Positions 46,953 through 56,968 are shown, counted from the first letter of the stretch. The stretch is DNA of 64,000 nt from Parcubacteria bacterium C7867-001 (GCA_001189095.1 LFCK01000001.1:317159-381158), one strand, 5' to 3'. A program made the numbers and translations. The notes: generated from the sequence alone by a model not told the origin.

Positions 46953-47886
46953 AGCTCATGACGTTAAACGGGACAACTTCGGAAACATCCGCTGAGGCGA
47001 CCTCGAACACGCGAAGCTTCGCGCTTCGTGCACGTGGATTCTGCTTGACCTCAGCAGCGGACGGAACAATTGGCTTCTTCGTAAGCACGGTTCCGTATCC
47101 CTCTTGCGCTGCATCACGGAAAATTGTCTTCACGATACGATCTTCGATGCTGTGGAAAGAGATGACGGCAACGCGACCGCCCGCATTCGTGCGAGCAAGC
47201 GCAGCAGCAAGTCCTTCGCGTATCGCGCCAAACTCATCGTTCACCGCGATGCGCAGTGCTTGAAAGGTCTTCGTTGCTGGATGAATGCGGCGATGGTGGT
47301 ACCACTCCGGCGTCGATGCCTTCACGACGTCGACGAGCGCCGTTGTTGAAAGAATCGGTGCCTGCTCACGAGCCTCGGCAATTCCGCGCGCGATGGAGCG
47401 TGCGAAACGTTCCTCGCCGAGCGAGTAGAGCATGTCAGCGATTGCCTCTTCGGATGCGGTGTTAATGAGATCGGCAGCCGTCGAGCCTTTGCCTTGTCGA
47501 CCGTAAGTCATGAGAAGCGGTTCTTCGTTCTTGAATGAGAAGCCGCGATTCGCTGCAAGCTGGAAACCACTCCAGCCGAGGTCGAAGAGGCTCTTGTCGA
47601 TAGCGCCGATCTGGAGCTTATCGAGAATGGCACCAAGATTCCGGAAATTGTCCTCGACCAAATGCACATTCGGGCCGTCCTCCGAGAGCGTGGCTTCCGC
47701 GCGCAGAAGCGCTTCGCGGTCGGCATCGATGCCGATGAGCGTGCCTTCCTTGCTGAGCTTCTGCTCAAATGCTGAAAAGTGCCCCGCGCCTCCCACGGTC
47801 GCATCAACAACGACATCGCTTGAAGAAACCATGAGCTCATCGATGGCTTCCTTGAGGAACACGGTGTCGTGACGAAGGGTTGTCAT
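46945..47886 (-). CDS. rsmH: 16S rRNA m4C1402 methyltransferase
   Basis: DATVGGAGH, FQALRIAVN, SFHSIEDR, NPRARSAKLR. Confidence 0.96.
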   Translation of the reverse strand: MTTLRHDTVFLKEAIDELMVSSSDVVVDATVGGAGHFSAFEQKLSKEGTLIGIDADREALLRAEATLSEDGPNVHLVEDNFRNLGAILDKLQIGAIDKSLFDLGWSGFQLAANRGFSFKNEEPLLMTYGRQGKGSTAADLINTASEEAIADMLYSLGEERFARSIARGIAEAREQAPILSTTALVDVVKASTPEWYHHRRIHPATKTFQALRIAVNDEFGAIREGLAAALARTNAGGRVAVISFHSIEDRIVKTIFRDAAQEGYGTVLTKKPIVPSAAEVKQNPRARSAKLRVFEVASADVSEVVPFNVMSYA

Positions 47887-47891
47887 AAAAA

Positions 47892-48314
47892 TTAGGAAGC
47901 GAGAGTTTCCGCAAATGCGTCTGCATCGCGCTCAATTGCCTTGGTGTAAGAAAGCCAGTTCTTCTCATCCCAAATTTCGACGCGGTCGGAAACACCGGCC
48001 ACGACCGACTTCACCGAAAGACCGGCGAAATTCTTCAAATAATCGGGAACGAGAACGCGCCCAGCAGTGTCGACATCAGCTTCAACGGCACCCGCAAGCA
48101 TGAGACGCGCGAGACCGCGGCCAGCAGCACCAGCAGCAGAGTGCTGCGCGACTTTCGTCGCCTGCGATTTCCACGAGAGCTTCGGGTACACGAACAAGCA
48201 GTGGTCGAGACCACGCGTAATAACCACCGACCGGCCAAGCTCCTTACGGAACTTGGCCGGCAGTGAAATCCGGTTCTTCGTATCGAACGTGTGTCGGTAT
48301 TCTCCGATAAACAT
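47892..48314 (-). CDS. mraZ: Transcriptional regulator MraZ
   Basis: MFIGEYRHTFD.KNRISLPAKFR, RVEIWD. Confidence 0.96.
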   Translation of the reverse strand: MFIGEYRHTFDTKNRISLPAKFRKELGRSVVITRGLDHCLFVYPKLSWKSQATKVAQHSAAGAAGRGLARLMLAGAVEADVDTAGRVLVPDYLKNFAGLSVKSVVAGVSDRVEIWDEKNWLSYTKAIERDADAFAETLAS

Positions 48315-48369
48315 AAGAAGAGCGGTGGCGGGTGGTTAGGAATCGAGGAAAGAAGAAGAAGACCTGACT

Positions 48370-48416
48370 CCCACTTCATCCCACTAATAGCCCATTATAT
48401 GACACTTCGCCCCACT
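48370..48416 (-). promoter_or_regulatory. MraZ-binding direct repeats
   Basis: AGTGGG-like units on the minus strand at ~10-nt spacing (CCCACT at 48370, 48380, 48411; variants at 48391, 48401). Confidence 0.75.
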
Positions 48417-48496
48417 CCCTCCCCCGAAGTTGTGTGGATAACAATCTCCAGAAAAAGCCGGTTGACGGAACGGGAAAGTACCGTACGATGAAACTC

Positions 48497-48626
48497 ATGT
48501 CATACGCATTCATGCGCGCAGCGATTATTAGCATCGACTCCCCCATAGGTCGGTGATTCGCTGCATCTTTTGTAAAACTCCCCACGAGATATGAAGCGAG
48601 CCCCCGACCGGGGGCTCGCTTCGTTT
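48497..48626 (+). promoter_or_regulatory. Putative leader peptide (MSYAFMRAAIISIDSPIGR, 48497-48556) plus attenuator
   Basis: TTGACG-16-TACGAT, ATG 7 nt later; terminator GAAGCGAGCCCCCG-AC-CGGGGGCTCGCTTC; leader end CCCCC..GGTCGG complements CCGACCGGGGG. Confidence 0.6.
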
Positions 48627-48641
48627 ATAAGGAGAATAACG

Positions 48642-49010
48642 ATGGAAAAGCTTAAGTTCTTTGCGTATTGCATGGATGACCGCGCCTGTAGGGCTCTCGA
48701 CGTGCTGCACGCCTCAGGTGAAGAGTGCGGGATTGCAGGAGGCTATCCGGACTTCAAAGATGACCTGCGCGACGGCTACGGCCTCGTCGCACTCTTCTCG
48801 GGAAGCGACGCATGGCCCAAACGGCATGCCTACCTCCTCGAGAAAGACAGCAAGCATTCAGATCTGATCCCCGAGTGGACGAAGGACTGCCAGTACCTAA
48901 TCGCGCTTCGCACGACCTCGGCGCTCTCGCGTTCCTTTGTACTCGGAACGCTGGCAGTACCGCGTATCGTCCAAAAACATATCGCGCTCTCCCCTCGTCT
49001 GTGTGTATAA
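48642..49010 (+). CDS. Hypothetical protein
   Basis: AAGGAG SD, MEKLKFF start, terminator 49012-49041. Confidence 0.6.
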   Translation: MEKLKFFAYCMDDRACRALDVLHASGEECGIAGGYPDFKDDLRDGYGLVALFSGSDAWPKRHAYLLEKDSKHSDLIPEWTKDCQYLIALRTTSALSRSFVLGTLAVPRIVQKHIALSPRLCV

Positions 49011-49039
49011 CAAAAAGCGACTCGATTCGAGTCGCTTTT

Positions 49040-50620
49040 TTATTGCACCTCGCTCAACCGAGCAAGCAGAAAGTCTTGTGGGAGGACGGAAAGGAACCAG
49101 CCCGCTTTCGGTCCTGAATCGCGATTGAGAAACAGTCGATAGATGGCTGTGAAAAGTTCCTTGGGCTCTATCGGCACTTCGGATTTAAGCTCGTGGAGTC
49201 GCGCGTGGAACTCGTCGCCCGTATGTGTTCCAGCTTCAACAAAGGCTCGTAGTAACGAGATGGCCTTCTTTTGCGCATCAGTGAACTCAAATCCTTCGGG
49301 AAGAGTGTTTTGCAATTCATATTTATAGCGTTCAGGTGCATAGGCGCCGAGCCAGAACTTCGCATAGCGCGCACGCTCTTCAAGAAGCGTGAGCTCTTCT
49401 TCGGTGAGAGGAGCACCCTTCACGGCAGCCGCTTCAGTCGCGAGCACCAGATGCGGCATCTGTACGATGAAAGCGACCTGCGAGAAGCGCATCTGCCATG
49501 GTGCGCCCGCATCCGCCTGATTCTCCGGAAGCTGCGAAAGCTCGAACATGCGCGTGAAGTCGTCCGCGATTCCCTGTCGCACTTTCTCAGCGCAATCGTC
49601 GTACGCGTCGTAGAGGCGCGGTACGGAATCGCCTTCAGGATCAACGTCGATCTGCTGGCCGTACTCTTTGCTGACGAGAAGGAAACGGAAGAGCGCGGGC
49701 GGGAATAGCTCACTCATATCGTGCGCGGAGGAGCCGCGACCTTTCGAGGACGACATCTTCTTTCCGCCGACGAGGAAGAACTCGTACGGGATGTCGAATG
49801 GAGGCTCGTAGTTGAAAATTTCGCGTGCAATATGATTTGCTACGTCACGCGAACCGCCCTTCGTTGAGTGGTCCTTACCGCCCCCTTCAACCTTTACCTG
49901 CATCGCAACCCACTTTGCCGCCCAGTCGACTTTCCAATGGAGCTTTGCGTTCCCTTTCCACGGCGCAATACGTCCTGTATGTCCGCAAGAACGCGTATCG
50001 TCCGGATTCTGATTACATGCATACGCAACCGTTTCGCCGTCGAAGTCAGAGGTACTCGTTGTGCGAATTTTTCCACAACTCTCACAAATGACGGTGACCG
50101 GAAGCCATCCCTCGGCCTTTACCGAACCAGACACTTCTTTGTAGATACGACGCACGTCCGCAGCCTTGGTAAGCGCTAAACGAATGCATTCATCCATTTT
50201 TCCTGCCGCATACAAGTCTTTGTGCGTCCGATAATACACTGGAGTAAAGCCGGCCTTCTGATGCACCGCGATAAACTCCGCACCAAAATATTCTGCATAA
50301 TTGTCAAAGCCCGCCTCCGGCGAAGGAACTTTGTGGAGTGGCTTTCCGAGATGCTCCTTGAACTTTTCCTGATCGAGATAGCCCGGAACCGTATCAAAAT
50401 CGTCAAAATCGTTAAGCTCGTAGAAGTACGTATTCGGAATTCCGTAGCTTGCCAGCAGCTCACTCTCAAGTCCATGAATAGCCACACCGCGCATGGAACC
50501 GATATGGACGCGACCTGAGAGCGTCTTCTCATCGCGGATGATAAGCGGTTTCTCGGCGGTCGCTTCCTTGGCCGCCTTGGTTTCCTGTATTTCTTTGGCT
50601 ATCCGGTCTGCCCAAAACAT
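49040..50620 (-). CDS. lysK: Lysine--tRNA ligase, class I
   Basis: FWAD, SGRVHIGS, KLHWKVDW, GKDH, KMSSSKG. Confidence 0.95.
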   Translation of the reverse strand: MFWADRIAKEIQETKAAKEATAEKPLIIRDEKTLSGRVHIGSMRGVAIHGLESELLASYGIPNTYFYELNDFDDFDTVPGYLDQEKFKEHLGKPLHKVPSPEAGFDNYAEYFGAEFIAVHQKAGFTPVYYRTHKDLYAAGKMDECIRLALTKAADVRRIYKEVSGSVKAEGWLPVTVICESCGKIRTTSTSDFDGETVAYACNQNPDDTRSCGHTGRIAPWKGNAKLHWKVDWAAKWVAMQVKVEGGGKDHSTKGGSRDVANHIAREIFNYEPPFDIPYEFFLVGGKKMSSSKGRGSSAHDMSELFPPALFRFLLVSKEYGQQIDVDPEGDSVPRLYDAYDDCAEKVRQGIADDFTRMFELSQLPENQADAGAPWQMRFSQVAFIVQMPHLVLATEAAAVKGAPLTEEELTLLEERARYAKFWLGAYAPERYKYELQNTLPEGFEFTDAQKKAISLLRAFVEAGTHTGDEFHARLHELKSEVPIEPKELFTAIYRLFLNRDSGPKAGWFLSVLPQDFLLARLSEVQ

Positions 50621-50667
50621 ATTCCGCATCCTATCACGAAACGGCCCCGCTTCGCGGGGCCGTTTTC

Positions 50668-51138
50668 TTAGCTGACTTTCTGGATAGTATACGTTTGCTT
50701 TCCTCCCGGAGTCTCGAAGGTGAAGACGTCACCCTTCTTTTTATTCATGAGCGCAGCGCCGAGCGGCGATACGTGGGAAAGTTTGCGAGCACGCATGTCC
50801 GCTTCCTCGCTGCCGACGATGATGTATTCATGCGAGTCCTTGCTTCCCTCTTTCGAAATGGTGACGGTTGAACCGAAACCAACAACGCCCTTCTTCGCGC
50901 CATCCGAAACTATTTTCGCGCGCTTCACGAGCTCCTCGAGCTTGCGGATACGCTCCTCAGTTGCCGCTTGAAGCTCACGAGCTTCCTGATATTCGGCATT
51001 TTCCGAAAGGTCGCCAAGACTGCGCGCATATTCGAGATTCTTTGCGATCTCAGTGCGGCGGGTGGTCTTGAGCTCTTCGAGCTCCTTCACCATCTCATCG
51101 AATTTCTCTTGGCTGACAACAGTCTCCTGGTCGGTCAT
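50668..51138 (-). CDS. greA: Transcription elongation factor GreA
   Basis: GDLSENAEY, SPLGAAL. Confidence 0.96.
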   Translation of the reverse strand: MTDQETVVSQEKFDEMVKELEELKTTRRTEIAKNLEYARSLGDLSENAEYQEARELQAATEERIRKLEELVKRAKIVSDGAKKGVVGFGSTVTISKEGSKDSHEYIIVGSEEADMRARKLSHVSPLGAALMNKKKGDVFTFETPGGKQTYTIQKVS

Positions 51139-51219
51139 GGGTAACGGGTTATAGGCAATTAGTCTCCGTATTGTACGGGAGCGCGCCTTGGCGTCAAATG
51201 GAGGACCATTCAAGAGCGA

Positions 51220-51379
51220 GGACACCTGAAGAATGAGCCTCGGAGCGGAGGTGACATGAATGGCGCATGGCGAATAGAAAAATTGAAATGTCTGAGCGAA
51301 GCGAGTTTTTCAATTTTTCGTTTTGAGCCGCGCCATTCATGTCACCGAGAGCGACTCTTCGCTCTTTCTTCTGGTGTCC
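51220..51379. repeat. Nested 160-bp palindromic element
   Basis: GGACACC/GGTGTCC, GGTGACATGAATGGCGC/GCGCCATTCATGTCACC, GAAAAATTGAAA/TTTCAATTTTTC around TGTCTGAGCGAAGCGAGT. Confidence 0.75.
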
Positions 51380-51388
51380 GAGCGACCC

Positions 51389-53056
51389 TTATTCGAAGTA
51401 ATCGGGAGCGAGCTCATGCAGCTTTGAGAGTGCATTGTGCGTCGCATAAATCCCGCCGATTGAATTTCCTGAAGGACCTTTTTCCATCACGACGACATAC
51501 ACGTATTTCGGATGCTCATACGGGAAGAAGCCGACCGCCCATGAGTTGTAAAACTCGTTATGAAAACCAAGCTGCGCAGTTCCCGTCTTCCCCGCAAGAT
51601 GCACGAACGACAAATCATTGAGACCAAGCGAGGTTCCTTCGGTTGCGCCAAGCCGCATACCTTCGCGTGCTATCTGGAGCGCCTCAGCGTCAACCGGAAT
51701 GGAAGAGCCTTGGAGTGGCTGATCCTTGAGAATGGTCGGCTTCACCAGCTTCCCACCGTTCGCGATTGCAGCGATGGCGCGCGCCATCTCAAGCGGCGTC
51801 ACCTGCATCGCATACTGCCCGATACCCGTGTGGTAGGTATCTCCGATACGCCACGGATCGTCATACGTCTTCTCTTTCCATGCTGGATCAGGGACGAAGC
51901 CGCTCGCCTCGCGTGAAAGCTCGATGCCGGTCGGCTGGGTGAGTCCGAACGTCTCATACCAGTATTTAAGCCGATCAATGCCAAGACCTTTTTGTCCGCC
52001 AAATCCACCCGTAATTGTGTAGAAGTAAACGTCGGAGGACCACGCAATAGCGTGACGCACATCCATGGTACCGAGTGCCTTCCAGTCCTTAAAGATGGAG
52101 GGGTGCGCCGGATCATACGGATTCGGTACGGAAATCGAACCGCTTGAATACACCGAGAATTCAGGAGTCATGAGCTTATCGGTGAGCGCTCCAGCGGCAA
52201 TGAGCGGTTTTACCACCGAACCGGGCGTATAGAGGCCTGAGACCGCGCGATCAAGATACGGCTGACGCGAACTCGACTGATATGACGCGATGACGTTAGA
52301 TGGCCCGCCACTTGCGAGCACGTTCGGATCGTATTCAGGATATGACACGAGTGCATGTATCTCTCCCGTGTTCACATCCATAAGAACAGCGGACCCGCCT
52401 TGAAACGGGATCTTGTCGGCAAGATGGGAGATAGCGTAGGAAAAAGCTTCTTGCGCACGCGCATCGATAGCGAGCGATATCGACGAGCCATTCTCAGGAG
52501 GGATCACGCTTCCTTGCGACTGAATGGTTCCGCGCGCATCTTCTTCCACAAGAAGCGTGCCGTTCTTTCCCGCAAGCTGATCGTCGAACGTTGCCTCTAC
52601 GCCAGCAAGTCCGGTAATAGTGGTGTCGTAATAGTGTCCGGAAGCATCCTTTTTCGGATACGAGACGTATCCCAAGAGATGCGCGAACCCTGGCGTTTTG
52701 TACACACGCTCGACCCGCCCGTCGTCCGCCATCGAGTTGCCAATGAGCGTCACGCCGTTTCGATCAAGCACCGCACCGCGTTCCGCGAAGATGACGTCCG
52801 GACGCAAACGATTCGATTCGCTGCGTTTCGCGTAGGTTGCGCCTTGGACGAGCTCAAGATTCCCCGCCTGAACGACAAAGATGCCGAGTATGAATATGAG
52901 CACCAGCCCGATGCCCGCGAACGTGGAGTTTGAAATCGGACGTTCAAGCTTTCCCTCAAGTCTCGATGCATCGAAATCAGGCTGATTCGATGCGTCGAGA
53001 AATATTTCGTCCGGCGCAAGTTCCTTATCTTTGAAACGACGCTTCAAGAACCTCAT
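51389..53056 (-). CDS. mrdA: Penicillin-binding protein 2 (elongation)
   Basis: PGSVVK, SSDVYFY, GKTGTAQ; downstream of mreBC. Confidence 0.88.
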   Translation of the reverse strand: MRFLKRRFKDKELAPDEIFLDASNQPDFDASRLEGKLERPISNSTFAGIGLVLIFILGIFVVQAGNLELVQGATYAKRSESNRLRPDVIFAERGAVLDRNGVTLIGNSMADDGRVERVYKTPGFAHLLGYVSYPKKDASGHYYDTTITGLAGVEATFDDQLAGKNGTLLVEEDARGTIQSQGSVIPPENGSSISLAIDARAQEAFSYAISHLADKIPFQGGSAVLMDVNTGEIHALVSYPEYDPNVLASGGPSNVIASYQSSSRQPYLDRAVSGLYTPGSVVKPLIAAGALTDKLMTPEFSVYSSGSISVPNPYDPAHPSIFKDWKALGTMDVRHAIAWSSDVYFYTITGGFGGQKGLGIDRLKYWYETFGLTQPTGIELSREASGFVPDPAWKEKTYDDPWRIGDTYHTGIGQYAMQVTPLEMARAIAAIANGGKLVKPTILKDQPLQGSSIPVDAEALQIAREGMRLGATEGTSLGLNDLSFVHLAGKTGTAQLGFHNEFYNSWAVGFFPYEHPKYVYVVVMEKGPSGNSIGGIYATHNALSKLHELAPDYFE

Positions 53057-53301
53057 GGAGCCATGATACGCGCTTTCGCGAATCCTCGCATGAAGAACGC
53101 GACAAGTGCGATAGCGACGCCGATGAGCGTTGCAAGCGGATACCCACTACCGGGGTAATAGAGCGCATCGGCAATAAGACCGACGACAAGCGCCACCGGC
53201 GGATAGACGAGCGCCGCTGCGAATGAGAGCGCGCCACTTAACGGACTTGGGAATATAAACGGGGAGAGGAGCGCAAGGAAAATAAGACTTGCGCGCATCA
53301 T
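53053..53301 (-). CDS. Small membrane protein at the mreD position
   Basis: Hydrophobic, GLIADALY; between mreC and mrdA. Confidence 0.6.
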   Translation of the reverse strand: MMRASLIFLALLSPFIFPSPLSGALSFAAALVYPPVALVVGLIADALYYPGSGYPLATLIGVAIALVAFFMRGFAKARIMAP

Positions 53302-54086
53302 AGAGAGTTTTCAGGAAGCACGAGCACTTCAGTGAGCGTGAACGGATTAACGAATGGCTGGATGCGAACCTGCTCCGACGGCGACGAAGGATTGGTATCG
53401 ATGCGAAGCACGGTACCAAACGGCACTCCGCCCGGCGCGATGAACACCGTGTCGCCCACGACGATTTTTGCGTCTTTCGGAAGTTCAGCCGCAAATGTTC
53501 CAGCTCCTTCACCAATAAGGGTTACCGGCACCTTCCCTGTCCCAATCCATGCAACGGAAGCGTGTCCTGACAACGAGAAGAGCGAGACGCGAGACGAATG
53601 CGCAGAAGCGCTTTCGATGATTCCTACAGGAATGCCGCCTGAAGCCGTTACGAACGCACCTTGCGCAACACCGTCTGCATTTCCTTTCGCAAGCAGAAGG
53701 ATGTCATACGGTGTAATGGGTGGACGAGCCACGACGCCAGCGATGACACCGACGCCAGCCGCACGATTCCCAAGGAGGACGGTGCGAACCGCAAGTTCAG
53801 AGGAAAGACGACGGTTCTCATTGGTAAGAGCATCGACTTCAGTGCGCAAGCGGTCACGCTCTTCAATAAGAGAGCGTGAGCTTTCGAGCGAGGAAAGACC
53901 GATATGGAGCTCGTTGGTTGCGAACGAACCAAAGTTCAAGAAGGGCGACGCGAGAAAAAAGAACGCGTCCGGAGCCGCAGCGCGTAGTATCACGAAAATA
54001 AGAACAACGACTCCCGCTCCGATACCGATGAGCGTCGATCTCGAAATGAGTCCTCCTCTAGCTCTTTGAAATGATAGCTTCTTCAT
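53298..54086 (-). CDS. mreC: Rod shape-determining protein MreC
   Basis: TM, coiled coil, RPPITPYD, GEGAG; follows mreB. Confidence 0.85.
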   Translation of the reverse strand: MKKLSFQRARGGLISRSTLIGIGAGVVVLIFVILRAAAPDAFFFLASPFLNFGSFATNELHIGLSSLESSRSLIEERDRLRTEVDALTNENRRLSSELAVRTVLLGNRAAGVGVIAGVVARPPITPYDILLLAKGNADGVAQGAFVTASGGIPVGIIESASAHSSRVSLFSLSGHASVAWIGTGKVPVTLIGEGAGTFAAELPKDAKIVVGDTVFIAPGGVPFGTVLRIDTNPSSPSEQVRIQPFVNPFTLTEVLVLPENSL

Positions 54087-55113
54087 GCATAAACATATCG
54101 CCCCACACCTGCGGATTTTCGGTCACGATACCCGTCCCGCGCACGACCGCCGTCAACGGGTCGGGTGCAACGTGTACGGGCACGCCGAGCATTTTCGAAA
54201 GGAGTTCTGGGAGGCCGCGCAGAAGCGCGCCGCCACCGAAGACGGTTACGCCGCGCTCAAGGACGTCTGAAAGGAGTTCCGGTGGAGTCTTCTCGATGAC
54301 CTCCTTCATCGCCTCCATGAGTGTATCAAGCGAAGATTGAAGCGCTTCACGCACATGCGCATCCGTCATGATGACCTCACGCGGGAGTCCCGTAGCAAGA
54401 TCGCGGCCACGCACCGGACGCGAGAGCGTCTCTTCGAGCGGAAGTACCGCACCAATGCCGATCTTCACATCTTCTGCTGTTCGTTCGCCTATCGCGAGCT
54501 GGAATTCGCTGCGCACGAAGTCGATGATGTTGTCGTTGAAGCGATCGCCAGCAACATGCGAACTCTTCGACGCAACGGGACCGCCAAGTGCAATGACCGC
54601 GATGTCGGTTGTTCCGCCGCCGATATCAAGCACCATGGTGCCGATGGCTTCCATAATAGGAAGTTTTGCACCAATGGCGCCAGCAACTGGCTCTTCAACG
54701 ATAAACACTTCGCGAGCTCCTGCAGTAATAGCCGCATCGCGCACCGCTCTCGATTCGACGTTCGTAACGCCTGTCGGCACGCCGACAACCACGCGCGGAC
54801 CGAAGAGTCGTGTGCGTTCGCCCTGCGCTTTTTGTATGAGGTACGCAAGCAATTCCTGCGTGACCTCGAAATCTGAAATCACGCCGTGGGAAAGCGGGCG
54901 AACAGCGCGAATATGCGGCGGCGTCTTGCCAAGCATTACTTTTGCTCCCTGCCCCACCGCAACCACCTGCCCCGTCTTTTCATTCACCGCAACGACTGAG
55001 GGTTCGGAAAGGACGATACCGCGGCCACGCACATACACGAGCGTGTTCGCTGTCCCAAGGTCGATGCCGATGTCGTTTGAGAAGAGAGAGTTTTTCGCGA
55101 GCTTCTTGACCAT
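54058..55113 (-). CDS. mreB: Rod shape-determining protein MreB
   Basis: GIDLGTANT, DIGGGTT, GGGALL. Confidence 0.96.
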   Translation of the reverse strand: MVKKLAKNSLFSNDIGIDLGTANTLVYVRGRGIVLSEPSVVAVNEKTGQVVAVGQGAKVMLGKTPPHIRAVRPLSHGVISDFEVTQELLAYLIQKAQGERTRLFGPRVVVGVPTGVTNVESRAVRDAAITAGAREVFIVEEPVAGAIGAKLPIMEAIGTMVLDIGGGTTDIAVIALGGPVASKSSHVAGDRFNDNIIDFVRSEFQLAIGERTAEDVKIGIGAVLPLEETLSRPVRGRDLATGLPREVIMTDAHVREALQSSLDTLMEAMKEVIEKTPPELLSDVLERGVTVFGGGALLRGLPELLSKMLGVPVHVAPDPLTAVVRGTGIVTENPQVWGDMFMHEEAIISKS

Positions 55114-55117
55114 ATAC

Positions 55118-56356
55118 CTACCACGCAAGAAGCGTTTCCTTCGTAACCTTTTCCATCTGTCCGGTCGCTCGATGGACGAGCTCTACTTCGCCCTTAGCTA
55201 CCGAATCTTTTCCGACAATGACGCGTGCCGGAATGCCGATGAGATCAGCGTCTGCGAATTTCTCGCCCGCACGCACGGAGCGATCATCGTAGAGAACCTT
55301 CTTTCCTTTCTTCGAGAGATCCTCGTAGAGCGAATCAGCAAAAGCAACCGATGCAGCGTCATCTGTGGTGAGCACAAGAAGATGCACGTCATATGGCGCA
55401 ATAGCTTCCGGCCACGAGAGTCCTTTTTCATCCGAAAGAGTTTCGGCAATAACACCCATGAGTCGCGTAATGCCGATGCCGTAGCAGCCCATGATGGGAA
55501 GCTGATCCTTTCCTTCCGCATCCTTGTAGGAGAAACCGAAATCACGCGCGTATTTCTGGCCGAGATCAAAGACGTTCCCGACTTCCGACGCCTTCGCTTT
55601 CTTCAACGTTCCCTTGCCGCACTTCGGGCAAGAATCCCCTTCCTTTTCTTTTGCGACCTCAACGTTCGCACAGTGCGTGCATGCTTCGCAGTAGAGGATA
55701 TCGTCCTCACCTGCGTCCGTAATGACCATGAACTCATAGGAGAGCTTCTCACTGAAGGAGCCGCCGGAGGCTTCTGTCACCTTCGCCACGAGTCCGCAGC
55801 GTGAGTACACACGCAGATAAGCTTCCTTCGCACGCTCGTAGAACTTCTCAAAATCTTCCTGCGAAGTATGGAAGCTATACATATCCTTCATGCCGAATTC
55901 GCGCCCGCGCATGATGCCGGACTTCGCACGCAGCTCATCGCGATACTTCTGACCGATCTGATAGATGGCGACCGGAAGATCTTTATAGGAAGGTGCGTAC
56001 TCTTGCGCGATAGGCGTTACGATTTCTTCCTCGCTCTGGCCAAGCGCGTATTCCTTTTCGGTGCGGCTTTGAATTTTGAAGAGCACATCAACGTTCTCCC
56101 ATGCGCCCGTTTGCTTCCATGGCTCGGATGGATGGAGGGTTGCCATGCGGATTTCCTGTCCGCCGACCGCGTCCATTTCTTCACGCACGATATCTTCTAT
56201 TTTTTTGAGAACACGCAGGCCAAGTGGGAGAAAGGAATACACGCCTGCCATTTCTTTATGCACGAATCCCGCGCGGATGAGGAGCTGCGCGTTCTTCGCA
56301 GTTTCGTCCGCAGGCGCTTCGCGCCTGGTCTTGGTGAAGAGCTGTGATTGCCGCAT
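55118..56356 (-). CDS. proS: Proline--tRNA ligase (short form)
   Basis: MRQSQLF, RDELR, RGREF.MKD.YSF, MGCYGIG. Confidence 0.95.
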   Translation of the reverse strand: MRQSQLFTKTRREAPADETAKNAQLLIRAGFVHKEMAGVYSFLPLGLRVLKKIEDIVREEMDAVGGQEIRMATLHPSEPWKQTGAWENVDVLFKIQSRTEKEYALGQSEEEIVTPIAQEYAPSYKDLPVAIYQIGQKYRDELRAKSGIMRGREFGMKDMYSFHTSQEDFEKFYERAKEAYLRVYSRCGLVAKVTEASGGSFSEKLSYEFMVITDAGEDDILYCEACTHCANVEVAKEKEGDSCPKCGKGTLKKAKASEVGNVFDLGQKYARDFGFSYKDAEGKDQLPIMGCYGIGITRLMGVIAETLSDEKGLSWPEAIAPYDVHLLVLTTDDAASVAFADSLYEDLSKKGKKVLYDDRSVRAGEKFADADLIGIPARVIVGKDSVAKGEVELVHRATGQMEKVTKETLLAW

Positions 56357-56460
56357 CAGACCATTCTATAGGATAGTCGCGGCCTGTGCGAGAGAATATT
56401 GACAATGTATATGTAAAGTGATATAATCTAAAATAGGTTCAACTCAACACGGAGGCATGC

Positions 56461-56811
56461 ATGCCGAAGTTTTCTGACGAGTTCGAGGCACTGGCACGCA
56501 AGGAGTATCCGAATAATACGGAGCTCCATGCGGCGTTCGATGCGGGAAAGGTCGGGAGGGTCTACCAGATCATCACCGACATTAACGAGGCCGACCGTTT
56601 CAACTACGGCAGCCTCTACCCCGCAGGCATCCTCGAGATGCGCAAGGAGCTCGGCGACGCTGGGTTCTTCGAACGCATCGAGCGAGCGGAACGCATCGAG
56701 CGGGTGTATGCGCGCATGGGCGCGGATATTCCCGAAGAAGGTGAGCTCGACTGGGCCATCACCGACGAACTCGACGCTGAACGCGAAGACGCCGACGCCA
56801 CGAACCCGTGA
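56461..56811 (+). CDS. Hypothetical acidic protein
   Basis: TTGACA..TATAAT promoter, GGAGG SD, terminator. Confidence 0.65.
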   Translation: MPKFSDEFEALARKEYPNNTELHAAFDAGKVGRVYQIITDINEADRFNYGSLYPAGILEMRKELGDAGFFERIERAERIERVYARMGADIPEEGELDWAITDELDAEREDADATNP

Positions 56812-56882
56812 ACCACTGCTTGAGCCAGCATAAAAAGCTCAACCCCGCGCCACAGGCGCGGGGTTTTCTTTACCAGAAACAG

Positions 56883-56968
56883 TTCAAAAGCTTCCGGCGA
56901 GATGCGCGCGAATCGGAACGCTTGAATGGGCGGCGTTTCGAGTCGTGCGACGTCGAGCGGCTTTTGAA
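56883..56968. repeat. Imperfect palindrome related to 7642-7744
   Basis: TTCAAAAGC/GCTTTTGAA, TCGGAACGC/GCGTTTCGA. Confidence 0.6.

Noticed and set aside
54368-55804. Long antisense ORFs (e.g. 54368-55804, 34825-36012, 5466-6554, 11193-12245, 61789-62727)
   Set aside because: Shadows of well-supported genes on the opposite strand in GC-rich DNA; no motifs.
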